Source of the DNA: Sphyrna mokarran
Lineage: Eukaryota
DNA: 64,000 nt
Assembly: GCA_024679065.1 (NCBI GenBank)
Contig: JAGIQG010000014.1
Location: forward strand, 30,690,001-30,754,000
Direction: 5' to 3'
Part shown: positions 9,431-21,400 of the stretch, piece after piece
How positions within the stretch are numbered: the stretch's first letter is position 1
Layout of the letters: each line of letters opens with the position of its first letter
Program-made: the position numbers and the translations under genes
The notes under the pieces: model-generated
Told to the model about the DNA's origin: nothing
Databases searched by the model: none
Seen by the model: the letters and a program-made list of their open reading frames with translations, nothing else

Positions 9431-11031
9431 ATAAATATTTCTCTTCGGTATTCACGCAGAGTGCTGGAAATGTAGCTGTGGAGAGCACTGAGGTACAGGG
9501 TTGCAAATTGGGGAGTATTGTAGTAGATAGGGAGGATGTGTTAGAAATTCTCGAGGGTTTGAAGTTGGATAAGTCCCCTGGGCCGGACGGGATTTACCCT
9601 AGGATTCTCTGGGAGGCAAGAGAGGAGATTGCAGAGCCTCTGGCTCTGATCTTCAGGTCCTCGTTGGTTACGGGTGTGGTTCCGGAGGACTGGAGGATAG
9701 CGAATGTGGTCCCATTGTTTAAGAAGGGGAAGAGAGACCTTCCTGGGAATTATAGGCCAGTGAGTCTTACTTCTGTGGTGGGCAAGGTATTGGAGAGAAT
9801 TATTAGGGATAGGATTTATAGTTATTTAGAGAGAAATGAATTGATTGGGGATAGTCAGCATGGTTTTGTGAAGGGTAGGTCGTGCCTTACTAACCTCATT
9901 GAGTTTTTTGAAAAAGTGACCAAAGAGGTGGATGGGGGTAAGGCGGTTGATGTGGTATATATGGACTTTAGTAAGGCGTTTGATAAGGTGGCCCATGGAA
10001 GACTTCTGCAGAAAATGCAGATGTTTGGGATAGAGGGTGATTTAGCTAATTGGATTAGGAATTGGCTAGCAGATAGAAGACAGAGGGTGGTGGTTGATGG
10101 GAGATATTCATCGTGGAGTTCGGTGACAAGTGGTGTACCTCAGGGGTCTGTTTTGGGGCCCCTGCTGTTTGTAATTTTTATAAATGATCTGGATGAGGGT
10201 ATTGAGGGATGGATCAGTAAATTTGCAGATGATACTAAAGTTGGTGGTGTGGTAGATAGTGAAGAGGGGTGTTTTAGTTTACAGAGTGACTTGGACAAGT
10301 TGCAGAGCTGGGCCGAGAGGTGGCAAATGGAGTTTAATGTGGAAAAGTGTGAGGTAATGCACTTTGGCAGGAACAATAAATGTGTAGAGTATAGGGCTAA
10401 TGGTAGGGCTCTTAATAGTGTTGAGGAACAGAAGGATCTTGGTGTATGTGTCAATAGATCCCTGAAAGTAGGCAGTCAAGTGGATAAATTTGTTAAGAAG
10501 GCATATGGAGTCTTAGCTTTTATTGGTAGGGGGATTGAATTTCGGAGCCGCAACGTCATGTTGCAACTGTACAAAACTCTAGTGCGGCCGCACTTGGAGT
10601 ATTGTGTGCAGTTCTGGTCCCCACATTATAAGAAAGATGTGGAGGCATTGGAGAGGGTACAGAGGAGGTTTACCAGGATGTTGCCTGGTATGGAGGGCAG
10701 GTCCTATGAAGAGAGGTTGAAGGATTTGAGGTTGTTTCCGTTAGAAAGGAGGCGGCTAAGAGGGGATCTTATTGAAGCATATAAGATGATTAGAGGTTTA
10801 GATAGGGTGGACAGTGATAGCCTTTTTCCTAGGATGGAAAAAGCTAGCACGAGGGGACACAGCTTTAAATTAAGGGGTATGAGTTATAGGACGGATATCA
10901 GAGGTAGGTTCTTTACTCAAAGAGTGATTAGGGAGTGGAATGCCCTGCCTGCAGCTGTTGTAGATGCGCCAAGTTTGGTGGCGTTTAAGAGGTTAGTTGA
11001 TAAGTATATGGATGAGAAGGGAATGGTTTAG
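9394..11031 (+). CDS. CR1 ORF2p C-part: reverse transcriptase
   Basis: KSPGPDG, NYRPVSLTS, QHGF, DFSKAFDKV, GVPQGSVLGP, FADD, RPHLEYCVQFWSP; no internal stops. Confidence 0.92.
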   Translation: MCVEPEEIGEALNKYFSSVFTQSAGNVAVESTEVQGCKLGSIVVDREDVLEILEGLKLDKSPGPDGIYPRILWEAREEIAEPLALIFRSSLVTGVVPEDWRIANVVPLFKKGKRDLPGNYRPVSLTSVVGKVLERIIRDRIYSYLERNELIGDSQHGFVKGRSCLTNLIEFFEKVTKEVDGGKAVDVVYMDFSKAFDKVAHGRLLQKMQMFGIEGDLANWIRNWLADRRQRVVVDGRYSSWSSVTSGVPQGSVLGPLLFVIFINDLDEGIEGWISKFADDTKVGGVVDSEEGCFSLQSDLDKLQSWAERWQMEFNVEKCEVMHFGRNNKCVEYRANGRALNSVEEQKDLGVCVNRSLKVGSQVDKFVKKAYGVLAFIGRGIEFRSRNVMLQLYKTLVRPHLEYCVQFWSPHYKKDVEALERVQRRFTRMLPGMEGRSYEERLKDLRLFPLERRRLRGDLIEAYKMIRGLDRVDSDSLFPRMEKASTRGHSFKLRGMSYRTDIRGRFFTQRVIREWNALPAAVVDAPSLVAFKRLVDKYMDEKGMV

Positions 11032-11104
11032 TTAGGAGGGGCATTGCTTTTTATTTTGGTCGGCACAACATCGAAGGCCGAAGGGCCTGTTCTGTGCTAT
11101 ATTG

Positions 11105-11130
11105 TTCTATGTTCTATGTTCTATGTTCTA
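11105..11130 (+). repeat. CR1 tail repeat (TTCTATG)n
   Basis: About 3.5 copies of a 7-bp unit. Confidence 0.9.
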
Positions 11131-11874
11131 TACTTAATAAAAGAGAAAAAAATGCTCCATAACATTTCTGGTGGGAAAAAGTAATGTATGTCCTGATGTT
11201 TGCTTTCCCCAGTCTACCAAGATTACCTTCCAATCAATGTCTACATACAAGGAAACAATTAACTGTTGAATAACATTCTGTTGTCCAATCAGCTTCTATT
11301 TCAAAATATGCTAAGGTTTTAATCTCCCAGAACTTGATTTTGGGCACAGCATATTAAGCCTCTACCCTGTACCACATGGAGAATTATGGCACCATTACTC
11401 CTTCGTTACCAGTATATAGTGCTATTTCATGTGCTTCTTTATCAAGCTATCGATTTGTACCCTTGTTCTGTGATGAGAATAGAGTATAAGTACTTCAGCA
11501 CATTTATCTAGTTGGGTATTGTTTCGAGCACAGTAATGACCAACATGTTCTGCAATTTTTCAAATCTTCACTCTGCCAGTATCTTTTGAACTCTTCATCC
11601 TGAACAATTCAGCTATAGCTTCTTCAAATAGAATAGTGACAACATTTTTGCTGTCACTATTGCTTAAAATGTAATTAATTACAATTTCTATAACAAAACT
11701 GTCAATATTTGTTATAAGAATTTTTTCCACCATTAATTTTGCTACAAATGATATTTTAAAAACTAATTTGAAATTAAAACTATGAACATCAGAAATTAAA
11801 AACAGAATTTGCTGAAATACAAACCAGATAAAGAAAATATTACATATCTTACTTATTTTAGTAGTAGAATTCCA

Positions 11875-12160
11875 TGATATTATTCATGCATAATGCAGAA
11901 GATGGCCATTCAGCCCATCAAGCCTACACTGACAACAATCCCATCCAGGCCCTATCCCTGCTAATTCCCTGACAGTAAGAGGCAATTTATCAATGCCAAT
12001 CAACCTAACCCGCATATCTTCGGAACGTGGGAGCACCTGAAGGAAACCCACGCAGACTTAGGGAGAATGTGTGGACTCTACTCAGTCACCTAAGTTCAGA
12101 ATTGAACCTGAATCCATGACACTATGGGGCAACAGTGCTAACCATTGTGTCACCATCCAT
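11875..12160 (-). mobile_element. HE1-like V-SINE
   Basis: Antisense head, core and tail. Confidence 0.8.
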
Positions 12161-13039
12161 CCAATAGGCTGATACTTGAAGTATGAATTGTTCTTACCAC
12201 TGCACCAAAACATAAGTTTCCTTTTGACGAACCAGTGTCACACATTCCTTATTTGGACATCACAATTGTGTGATGCTACTAGGTGACATTGCAATCAAGC
12301 CTCCCATTTTTGAGCTGCCTGTTATGCACTTGTGTCTGCAATTGCACATTTTTAACTATTTAATACAGTGTCCAAAGCTCTGGCTCTCCAGAGTTTTGAT
12401 AATATTTAAAGACTTCGTCCACCAGCTTGTTTTCTTTTCAGGTAAATTTTAATTTCCATCCTTTTACAGTTTAAAAAAATATAAAATGTTATGCTTCCTG
12501 CTTTTACTCTCCCACCTCCTCTCCAAAATGATTAAACTGATTCCAGTTTGTTCCCAATGGATTCCACATCATCTACACTCAACCTCCTAGTTGCCCTTTC
12601 TAAATTTTTGTTCAGTACATCATACATTTTAAGTTAATTTTAACTTAAATTGCTGTATCATAATAGCAATCCTCTGACTCATGGTATGATTGCCAAGATA
12701 TATCTTTAGACTTCTCGTCCAAAGCAACCATTTATTTCCTCCACCCTCTCTCCTCCCCTCAAAACATTGCTATCTCACCCACATAATTTGATGCCTGTTT
12801 TTATGGCTTTGATTATCTAATTGCCACTGAGTACATATTTGTATTGCTCTTAGTCTGGCCATGCTGCCCACACTGATACTTTGACTTCTTGTTTGTAATT
12901 GAATGTGCTGCTGCTAATCAGGACTCCTCTTGTGAAATGTGAAATACAACAGCTGATCAACTATACTGACTTACAAATTTACTCAAGTAGCATATCACAA
13001 GTTGCTCAGTCTGCTAATATTGAAAGAGACAAACCTAAT

Positions 13040-13140
13040 ATAGAACAAAGTGCTGGAAAAATCTCAGCAGGTCTGGCAGCATCTGTGCAGCGAGCAACTA
13101 GGGTAACATTTTAAGTCCAATATAACTTCCTTCAGAATTC
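13040..13140. mobile_element. Penelope-like terminal remnant
   Basis: TGCTGGAAAAATCTCAGCAGGTCTGGCAGCATCTGTG. Confidence 0.4.
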
Positions 13141-14756
13141 TGGCCTTGTCAGCACAATATTTGTGATACTATTTATGTATTATTCTACAAAATTTGCTTA
13201 AGATATTTTTCTTCCCTTTTCAAAATATCTTCATAGTTATTTACAATTTGAATAGAATCATAGAACGGTTACAACACAGGAGGCCATCAACCCATCAAAC
13301 CTGTACTAGCCCTCTGCAAAGTCAATTTAGCTGGTCTCACTCCCACATTCTTGCTTTGCAGATCTGCAATTTTTTTTCCTTCAAGTGCTTTTCCAGACCT
13401 TTCTGAGCCTGTGAAACATTTGTGTTTTCTATTCTCTCAGCTCAGAACAAAAAAGGTAATGTTTCATACAACTATTTGAATGATTGATTTTTGTTTGAAG
13501 TTTTAAAGATTAGTTTTCTTAATATATTTGCTTTTTTGTCATTTTTAGTTCTATACCATCCTGCATGATAAAGGAGATTGTCAACTTCTATGTGCAAGCA
13601 AGTTATTTAAATGATTTCATTGGTTCGCCTGTTCAGTCGTGTTTTGAGTAATCAGAATAATTCAATCAACTGTGGTTTGGTCTTTTTCCACAGATATGAT
13701 ATTTGAGCCAATCAAGTGCAAATGTGGCATACACATACACATGAAATTGTCAAATGTGGTGTATGTTTCTCATATTATATTTTCATGATATTGTTTCCTG
13801 CAAATAAAGCTAAATATTTTAAAAATTCAGACTTTGTGATGTAATTCCACTGAGGTTTAACTTATTGCAACAATATTGTGAAAAAGGTAAGAGGTAAAAT
13901 AAAGAAAAATGTTAGAAAGAGAAAAGGTCTCAGCTCTGTTGCAGTACAGGAATTAGCTGGCTATCAAGTGAGACTCTATGCAGACAAGTTTGCAAGTGAG
14001 CACAGAACAGCTTTGTGCTGAGTGAAACTGGTGACAGACCTTTGTTTAAGACAATGAACCAAAGACCAAACTGTGTGCATCAGTTGAGATGAAACTCCTC
14101 AATCATTGAAAAAGAGTGAGATATGCTCCTTGTGTTGTAACCTGAGTCCTTTTTTGGACTATTCTGGATCAGGCTACAACCCCAATTATATGTGAAGTTC
14201 ACCCACCCGCGCAACCTTATCAGAGAAAGCCAATTTACTGGCCACTTCCAGGAGCCCCATCCAATTAAAGGCAGCAGGTAGACAGTATGCAGTTGAAAGA
14301 TCAATTTTTATTGACAGCTTTATCAGGAGAATTGGAGTGGGAAGGACAGCTCATTATGGACGCAGTCTCTGAAAAGTTCAACAAAAGACCAAAATAAGAG
14401 TGGCCTCTAGCATCAAGGCCCCAACCGGATGCTAGGGGATGCCTTCCACCAGCCACCAGCCAGGCTTTGACCTCAAAATTCGCTGTCAGGAAGATCCTAG
14501 TGACTCCGCTCGTTTTCACCTAAATGGGTACTTAACTGTCATTAATTGATTATCAGTCACTACTGGATGGGTAGCCAGTTCTGCTACGACCCCTTCCCTA
14601 GCATATTGCTTAGAGGTGAGATTTTGCTAGGTAGAGAAATGAACATGAGATTTTCCAAAATGGGCTGGTAAAATTCTGCCCATAGTCTATGAAGTGATAC
14701 GATATTTCCAAGACTTTATAATGTGCAATATAGAGCCTTGTCTCTCAAGCAACATT

Positions 14757-15362
14757 AAGTGGCACAGTGGCTCAGTGGTAAGCATTGCTGCCTCACAGCA
14801 CCAAGGACCCGGGTTTGATTCTTGCCTTGGGTCACTGTCTGTGTGGGTTTCCTCCAGGTGCTCCAATTTCCTTCTGCAGTCCAAAGATATGTGGGTTAGG
14901 TGAATTGGCCAAGTTAAATTGCCTCTTAGTATCAGGAGAACGAGCTAGGATTAATGCATGGAATTATGAGGCGAGAGCCTAGGTAGGATTGTGATCAGTG
15001 TGGACTCGATCGGTTGAATGACTTCCTTTTGCAGATGGGCGGTATGGTTAGCACTGCTGCTTCATAGCGCCAGGGACCGAGGTTCAATTCCAGCCTTAGG
15101 TCACTGTCTGTATGAAGTTTGCATGTTCTCCCTGTGTCTGCGTGAGTTTCCTCCAGGTGCTCTGGTTTCCACCCACACTCCAAACATATGCACATTAGGT
15201 TGTTTGACTAGGCCAAATTGATTCTTAGTGTCAAGGGGATTAGTAGGGTAAATCTGAGGGGGTTTGGGAATAGGACCTTGGTGGGATTGTGATCAATGCA
15301 GGTCGATGGGCCAAATGGTCTCCTTCTGCACTATAGGGATTCTATGTTTTTTTTTCTATGAT
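14757..15362 (+). mobile_element. Two tandem HE1-like V-SINEs (about 14757-15030 and 15037-15362)
   Basis: Two heads (TGGCTCAGTGGTAAGCA; GGTTCAATTCC B-box), two V cores and tails. Confidence 0.85.
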
Positions 15363-15503
15363 CAAAGCTTGACAGCAATGTATCATAGTCTGCAGGTACT
15401 GTGATATAACTGCTTTTTACACTATGTTTCAGTAAGACAGCTTTTCGCTATTTTTTTCTACTAAAATACCTAGATGACAATTTGTTGCAATTGTGCATTA
15501 TTA

Positions 15504-16670
15504 GGACATAGAACATTACAGCATAATACAGGCCCTTTGGCCCTCAATTGTTCCATTGCTCGGCGCAACAATCTAATGACCTTCTGACCTAAACTATTCC
15601 AATGTTATCCATATGCCTATCCACTGACCATTTAAACGCCCTTAAAGTTGGCGAGTCCACAACTGCTGCAGGCAGGGCATTCCATGCCCTTACTACCCTC
15701 TGAGTAAAGAACCTGCCTATGACATCTGTCCTATAATTACCATCCCTCAATTTAAAGCTACATCCCCTCGTGTTAGCCATCACCATCTGAGGAAGAAGGC
15801 TCTCACTGTCCACCCTATCTAACCCTCTGATCATCTTGTATGCCTCAATTAGGTCACCTCTTAACCTTCTCTCTAACAAAAATAATCTCAAGTCCCTCAG
15901 CTTTTCCTCATAAGACCTCACCGTACCAGGCAACATCTTGATAAACTTCCTCTGCACCCTTTCCAATGCTTCCACATCTTTCTTATAATGCGGCGACCAG
16001 AACTGTACACAATACTCCAAGTGTGGCTGCACCAGAGTTTTGTACAGTTGCAACATGACCTCTTGGCTCCGAATTTCAAACTTTCTACCAGTAAAAGCTA
16101 ACACACCGTATTCCTCCTTAACAACCTTATCAAGCTGGATGCCAACTTTCTGGGATCAATGCACATGTACATCGAGATCTCTCTGCTTGTCGACACTACC
16201 AAGAGTTCTTCCATTAGCCCTACATACTGTACTCCTGTTACTCTTACCAAAGTGAATCACCTCACACTTTTCCGCATTAAACTCCATTTGTCACGTCTCA
16301 ACCCAGCTCTGCAGCTTATCTATGTCACTCTGCAAGCTGTAATATCCATCCTCACTGTTTACAATTCCTCCAACTTTAGTTCATCAGCAGATTTACTAAC
16401 CCATTCTTCTACACCGTCATTTAGGTCATTTATAAAAATGACAAACAGCAGTGGCCCCAAAACAGATCCCTGAGTTACATCACTTGTAACTGAACTCCAG
16501 GTTGAATATTTCCCATCAACCATCACTCTCTGTCTTCTATCAGCTAGCCAATTCCTGATCCAAACTGCCAAATCACCCTCAATCCCATGCATCTGCATTT
16601 TCTGCAGTAGCCTACCACGGAGAATCTTATCAAATGCTTTGCTAAAATCCATACACACCAGGTCAACTGC
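15504..16670 (-). mobile_element. 5'-truncated CR1 related to 7191-11130
   Basis: ORFs 15589-16104(-) and 16359-16805(-) with DFSKAFDK, QGSVLGP, HLEYCVQFWSP; tail at 15504. Confidence 0.9.
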
Positions 16671-17819
16671 ATTGGAATTCCTGGGCATAGTGAGATAATA
16701 CATTATGCCAAGTGATATGAATATGCAATTATGTTTATTTTCAGTTTCTAAATTAAGAAACTGAAATAAAGAGTTAAGATGCCAAGTGTAGCGTACCATC
16801 AGCATCCACTGATCTAGAAGCTTGGTATATTCAACCAGAACATTTTACCCAAAGATGGTAGAATTCACAGTACCAACAAAGTAGTATATGCTTTTTAAAC
16901 ACCAGCAAACAAATTGCACCAGATGTTGACTTACACATTGGTGCAGAGCTTGGAGATGGGATGGGGCATGCCAGAACCTTGCGATCTGGAAGGGAAGGCC
17001 CATTGCTGACCTTAAATCATGCACCATCCCGTCCCCACCCCTGCCCAAGCCACTACTATTAGTTAAGCTGCAAAAGAGGCAGCAGCTCCCAGGAGTCAGA
17101 CTTTCGCCCCCAGGGTCTTTATTCCAGGGAAGAGCCACTGCTGACGTTGACACTGTCTGATTGGCATTGTGTTCAGCAGACCTTCATGATAAGAAGCAGT
17201 TCAGGTTTCTCATTGGTTCTCCAGCTAGTAAGTAATATATACAATGCTTCAGTTGGATTTTGACCACTATCTGAAACTTCAAATGTTCCGAAACAGAAAA
17301 ATACCATTGAAAGGTAGTCATGAAGCTTGTGTGACTGCTAAGCACTCAATAACAGAGAACATCTTTCAGTGTGTTGATGATACACTGTTTGAATTTAAAA
17401 CACTGTTATGAACTGAGATCTGGCATAAATATTTTCCAAGAGTCAGTGTCATCAGCTGCTACTATTAGTATAATATTTCTACAGATAGGTATACTTGCAA
17501 AATACTGTAACCCAGAAAGATACATTTCTTGTGATGCTGTCTATGCTTCTTCATTCTCCCAAAGTGCTTGATGAGATAAAGCTGACATAGATGAGTCAGC
17601 TGTTTCATTTCACAATACAATGAACATATAAGCCTGAATTTTAACCTGCCCCATCCTCACTCCCTCTGGCCTCAGCGAGCTTCAGGTCAGAAGCAGGAAC
17701 ATAAAATTGCATGGACAGGACACTCTGACCCAAATATAATTTCATGGTAAGGTATACAAGGCTTTGGATGGGAAACTTGCCCATACCCTGCTTGTAAGTG
17801 GCCGCTTAAGAATCATTCT

Positions 17820-19140
17820 GAAACACTTGGATAACAAAGACACCTATTTAGCCACTAATTTATTGATTACAGCTCAACCTTCAACACCTTTATTCCTGCA
17901 AAACTCATCTCCAAATGCCTTGACCTAGAGTTCGGCTCCTCCCTCTGTGACTGGATCTAGACTTTCTAAACCATAGACACAATCAGTAAGGTTAAGCAAC
18001 AACATCTCTCCATGATTATCTCAACACCCACGATGCTGTGTCCTCAGCCACTTAGTATCCTACTTGTACATCTATGACTGTATGGCCAAATTTCCTTCCA
18101 ATTCAATTTTCAGGTTTGCTGATGACTCCACTGTAGTGGGTAGGATCTAAAAAATAATGAGACAAAGTACAGGAATGAAGTAGAAAATCTGGTGAACTGA
18201 TGCAATGATAATAATCTCCCTCAATGTCAGCAAAATGAAGGAGGTAGTCTTGACTTCAGGAAAAGAGTATTGGAGGACATGCCCCTGTCTACATCAGTGG
18301 GGATGAAGTGGAAATGGTCAAGAGTTAGGTTTCCTGTCCTGGTCCCCCCATGCTGATGTTATAGTGAAGAAAGCCCAAAATCCGTCTACTTCCTCAGGAG
18401 GCTAAGGAAATTTGGCCTGTCCACTATAACTCTCACCAACTTTTACAGATGCATCATAGAAAACATTCTTCCTAGTTGTATGACAGCTTGGTATGGCTGC
18501 TGCTCTGTCCAAGAAAGGGTCATGAACATCCATCATGCAAACCAGCCTCCCATCCATTGATTCTGTCAACACTTCCTGCTGTCTCAAGAAGCAACAACAT
18601 AATCAAAGATACAACGCACCCCAGACATACTCTCTCCCACGTTCTTCTATCGGGACAAATATAAAGAAGTCTGAGGTCATGTATCACTGACTCATGAACA
18701 ACTTCTTCCTTGCTGTCATCAGATTTTTGATGTAAAGATGCCGGCGTTGGATTCGGGTGGTAAGAACTCAGTAAGAATTTAGCAACACCAATTATTAATC
18801 CAACCGATTTATTTGATAGTAAAAAAGCGAGCTTTCAACACTCCCGTGTCTTCCTCAGGCAAGTGCAGTGTTCTGAACACTGCACTTGCCTGGGGAAGAC
18901 ACGGGAGTGTTGAAAGCTCGCTTTTTTACTATCAAATAAATCGGTTGGATTAATAATTGGTGTTATCAGATTTTTGAACAAACTATCTCATATTAAGTTG
19001 ACCTTACTCTATACCCTAGCAATGAATATAACACAACATTCTGCACCCTTGCTTTTCATTCTCTGAAAGGTATGCATTTGTATGCAAGAAAGAATACTTT
19101 TCACTGCATACTAATACATGTGACTAATCAATCAAATCAT
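17820..19140 (+). mobile_element. Rex1-like LINE, truncated and decayed
   Basis: HLDNKDTY..LLIDYSSTFNT..; FRFADDSTVVG; tail (ATCAA)n; colinear with 26140-27668. Confidence 0.85.
18731..18964. mobile_element. Penelope-like palindromic insertion with minimal hammerhead motif
   Basis: 13-bp TSD ATCAGATTTTTGA (18718-18730, 18965-18977); 90-bp inverted arms; terminus TGTAAAGATGCCGGCGTTGG shared with 3012, 21852, 31198 copies. Confidence 0.8.
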
Positions 19141-19829
19141 TAATTTTTTTGGCCAGTTGGCACCAATTGGATCAAGGAGCCAAATAGAAAAAGTTAACTT
19201 TCTCAATGCTGGACACGAAGATATGAAGGTGTATGTCAGGGCAGGATGTGTCTCAATCTGAAAGCTTCGTCAAATCTGGAGCACCTCCTCTCAGGGAACT
19301 AGGAGCTCCTGACACCTGAAATGTGGTACGATGAGTTAAATTCAGATACAGCACTGCAGTACATTTTCTTGCCACTACAGTGCCATGCCTGACAAGCTGC
19401 AGAGCTTTTGACCAATTTTGACCAACAGCTAAGGCAAGACTTGCACCCAAAGGCAGGATGAAGTCTCAACTTCTGCCAATCAATGGACTATTGAGCATAA
19501 AATGGCAGTGGGCAGTCTGAGTTGATCAAATTGTGTTTCCATTGATTCTCAGGATGGCTGGTACCAAGCACTTATATCCTGAAAATTCAAGCCATTGAAT
19601 AGCACTTATGTGCAGACTTACTTCATGTAAACAATACAACATAAAAGCATTAAGTTACAAAATGAAGAACACATCAGTTTTCTCCATACCCGGGAGTTAT
19701 GTTACTTGTCTTGAACAAAGTGACTTCTAAATCTGCATCAAATATTTCTGATCCTAGTGCAGGTGAAGACCTCATAGTTTCATCTTTATTCCCATGCAAC
19801 GTTTCGCTTTAAAATCCTTTCTTCCTGTC

Positions 19830-21400
19830 TGTGTCTCTAAATTTGTTCTTCCATTTTGTTGTTCACCACTACAATAAACAGGTTAAAGTTTTCTAATTCA
19901 GTGATTGTCAGGTGTTTCTCAATTGTCAAGACAAGTTAATAAATTCCTTATTATTTACAAAATATAAGAAACCAGCAACAAAGTTAGCTTAATGCTACAT
20001 AGTTGTTTCCATTTGATTTGCCTTTTGTACTTCTTTGAGTAGCATTTCTCTTTATCAACTACTTGGTTGTTTTGTTTGAACACCATGGGTTTGTCACAGC
20101 TTTTCAAAGGGAATATGCACTCTGTTCATTCTTGGAGCAGATTTAGATTTTATTTTTCTGGGAGCCTGCCATGTTCTTACTGAATTTGACATTGAAAAAA
20201 TGGAACCTTCATTTTCACTTGTTTCACAATTTCAGCCACATTACTTTTCAATAATCTCAATGGTTCTCAGTATGTTTGAATCATTCAATGCTTTACCTTC
20301 CAATTCCTTGATCTTCAGCATCAAATTTACATTTTTTGATCTTATTTCTGTCTCACTTTTTCAGTCTGCAGCAGAGCTTTGCCTTTGTCCTTCTTTTTGG
20401 TTTTACTGTTAGCCAGGTCATTCTCTGGCAAAGTCTTCACTTGTTTCAGTTGTGTAATCATATTACTTATGGTTCCAATATGCACTCACAGCTTGGAAAG
20501 TTCCTTTTTAATGGAAAGGTTTTTTTTCTTTCAATGCCTTCTCCTTTCCATTCAACTGGTTCTTCAACTCTTTGATTTCTTTCTTGTTTTCTTCAATGCT
20601 GATTTATCTCTGCCAATCAGTTGTTTGATTTGTTCAGAATTACATTAAATGTATTTCACTGGCCTTCGTAATTTTTTAAAGAAATAACTTTGATCTAAAG
20701 GATCTTTGTTTGACATGAATGTTCTTCAAAAGATTTTCCTTTTCTTTGTGAAGCTCATTTGCTTTGCTCTGAGTTTTTTTGTAATTCAACAGTCTCCTTG
20801 GGCTTCTTCTGCTATCTTTTCTTTCTGTTATTCGTGACAGTCTGCATTTATTTATGATGCTGAAGGGTTATGTACTCATTTTGCATTTGATCTTGAGGAG
20901 CAATTAACTGTTCCTTCAATAATTCATTTTCTTATCCATCTCATACCATCTATAACTATGCTTCAGTACATTGCTTTGTTGCTAATGATAGCCCCATTGC
21001 TGCTTTTACTGAAGTAGAATTTAACTTTGTTTTTACTCCTCATGTTCATCAGAGCTACATATTGATATTTTAAAGTCTTTCAGAACAATGACTTCTCTGG
21101 TTACCTTTTCTGCCTGCTATTATGCTTGGTTGTATTACTGGTTGAGTTCTTTGAACTCAGCTCTAATATGAATATTCATATATGAATATGAATTGCTTAA
21201 TTTATTTTATGCAGATTTTGTTTCTTCAGGTAGTTTTCCTTCATTTGCAGCCAGCTGTTTGCTCTACTCTGCCACTTGCTATTGCAATTTAGGTAATGTG
21301 TCAGCAGTTTCAACAACCTCTATTTCAAGACTTTTGGTTGTTTCTCAGTTATTTCTTTTTTCTGCACTAAACTTTTTAGTTCATACACTTCATTACACTG
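19830..21400 (-). pseudogene. Decayed large coiled-coil exon of a UACA/RAI14/ANKRD24-family gene
   Basis: Frameshift-corrected peptides NEGKLPEE, YQYVALDEHEEVKTKLNST, ENELLKEQLIAPQDQMQNEYITLQHH, LLNYKKTQ..LHKE, VHIPFEKL occur in the same order as UACA segments recalled from memory; many stops. Confidence 0.6.

Larger units (their letters stand above)
7191..11130 (+). mobile_element. Young, nearly full-length CR1 LINE
   Basis: ORF1 + ORF2 + 3' stem-loop GGCCGAAGGGCC + (TTCTATG)n tail; GC/purine-rich against flanks; 5' boundary approximate. Confidence 0.95.
17632..19593. mobile_element. Non-autonomous TIR element (Harbinger-like) interrupted by Rex1
   Basis: Termini GCCTGAATTTT / AAAATTCAAGCC; GC-richer body on both sides of the Rex1 copy. 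Confidence 0.4.

Noticed and set aside
7194-11152. TTTTTTTCTCT / AGAGAAAAAAA inverted pair around the CR1
   Set aside because: Low complexity; LINEs have no TIRs; no convincing TSD found either
11633-11661. 10-bp hairpin AATAGTGACA/TGTCACTATT
   Set aside because: Expected by chance in 64 kb of AT-rich DNA
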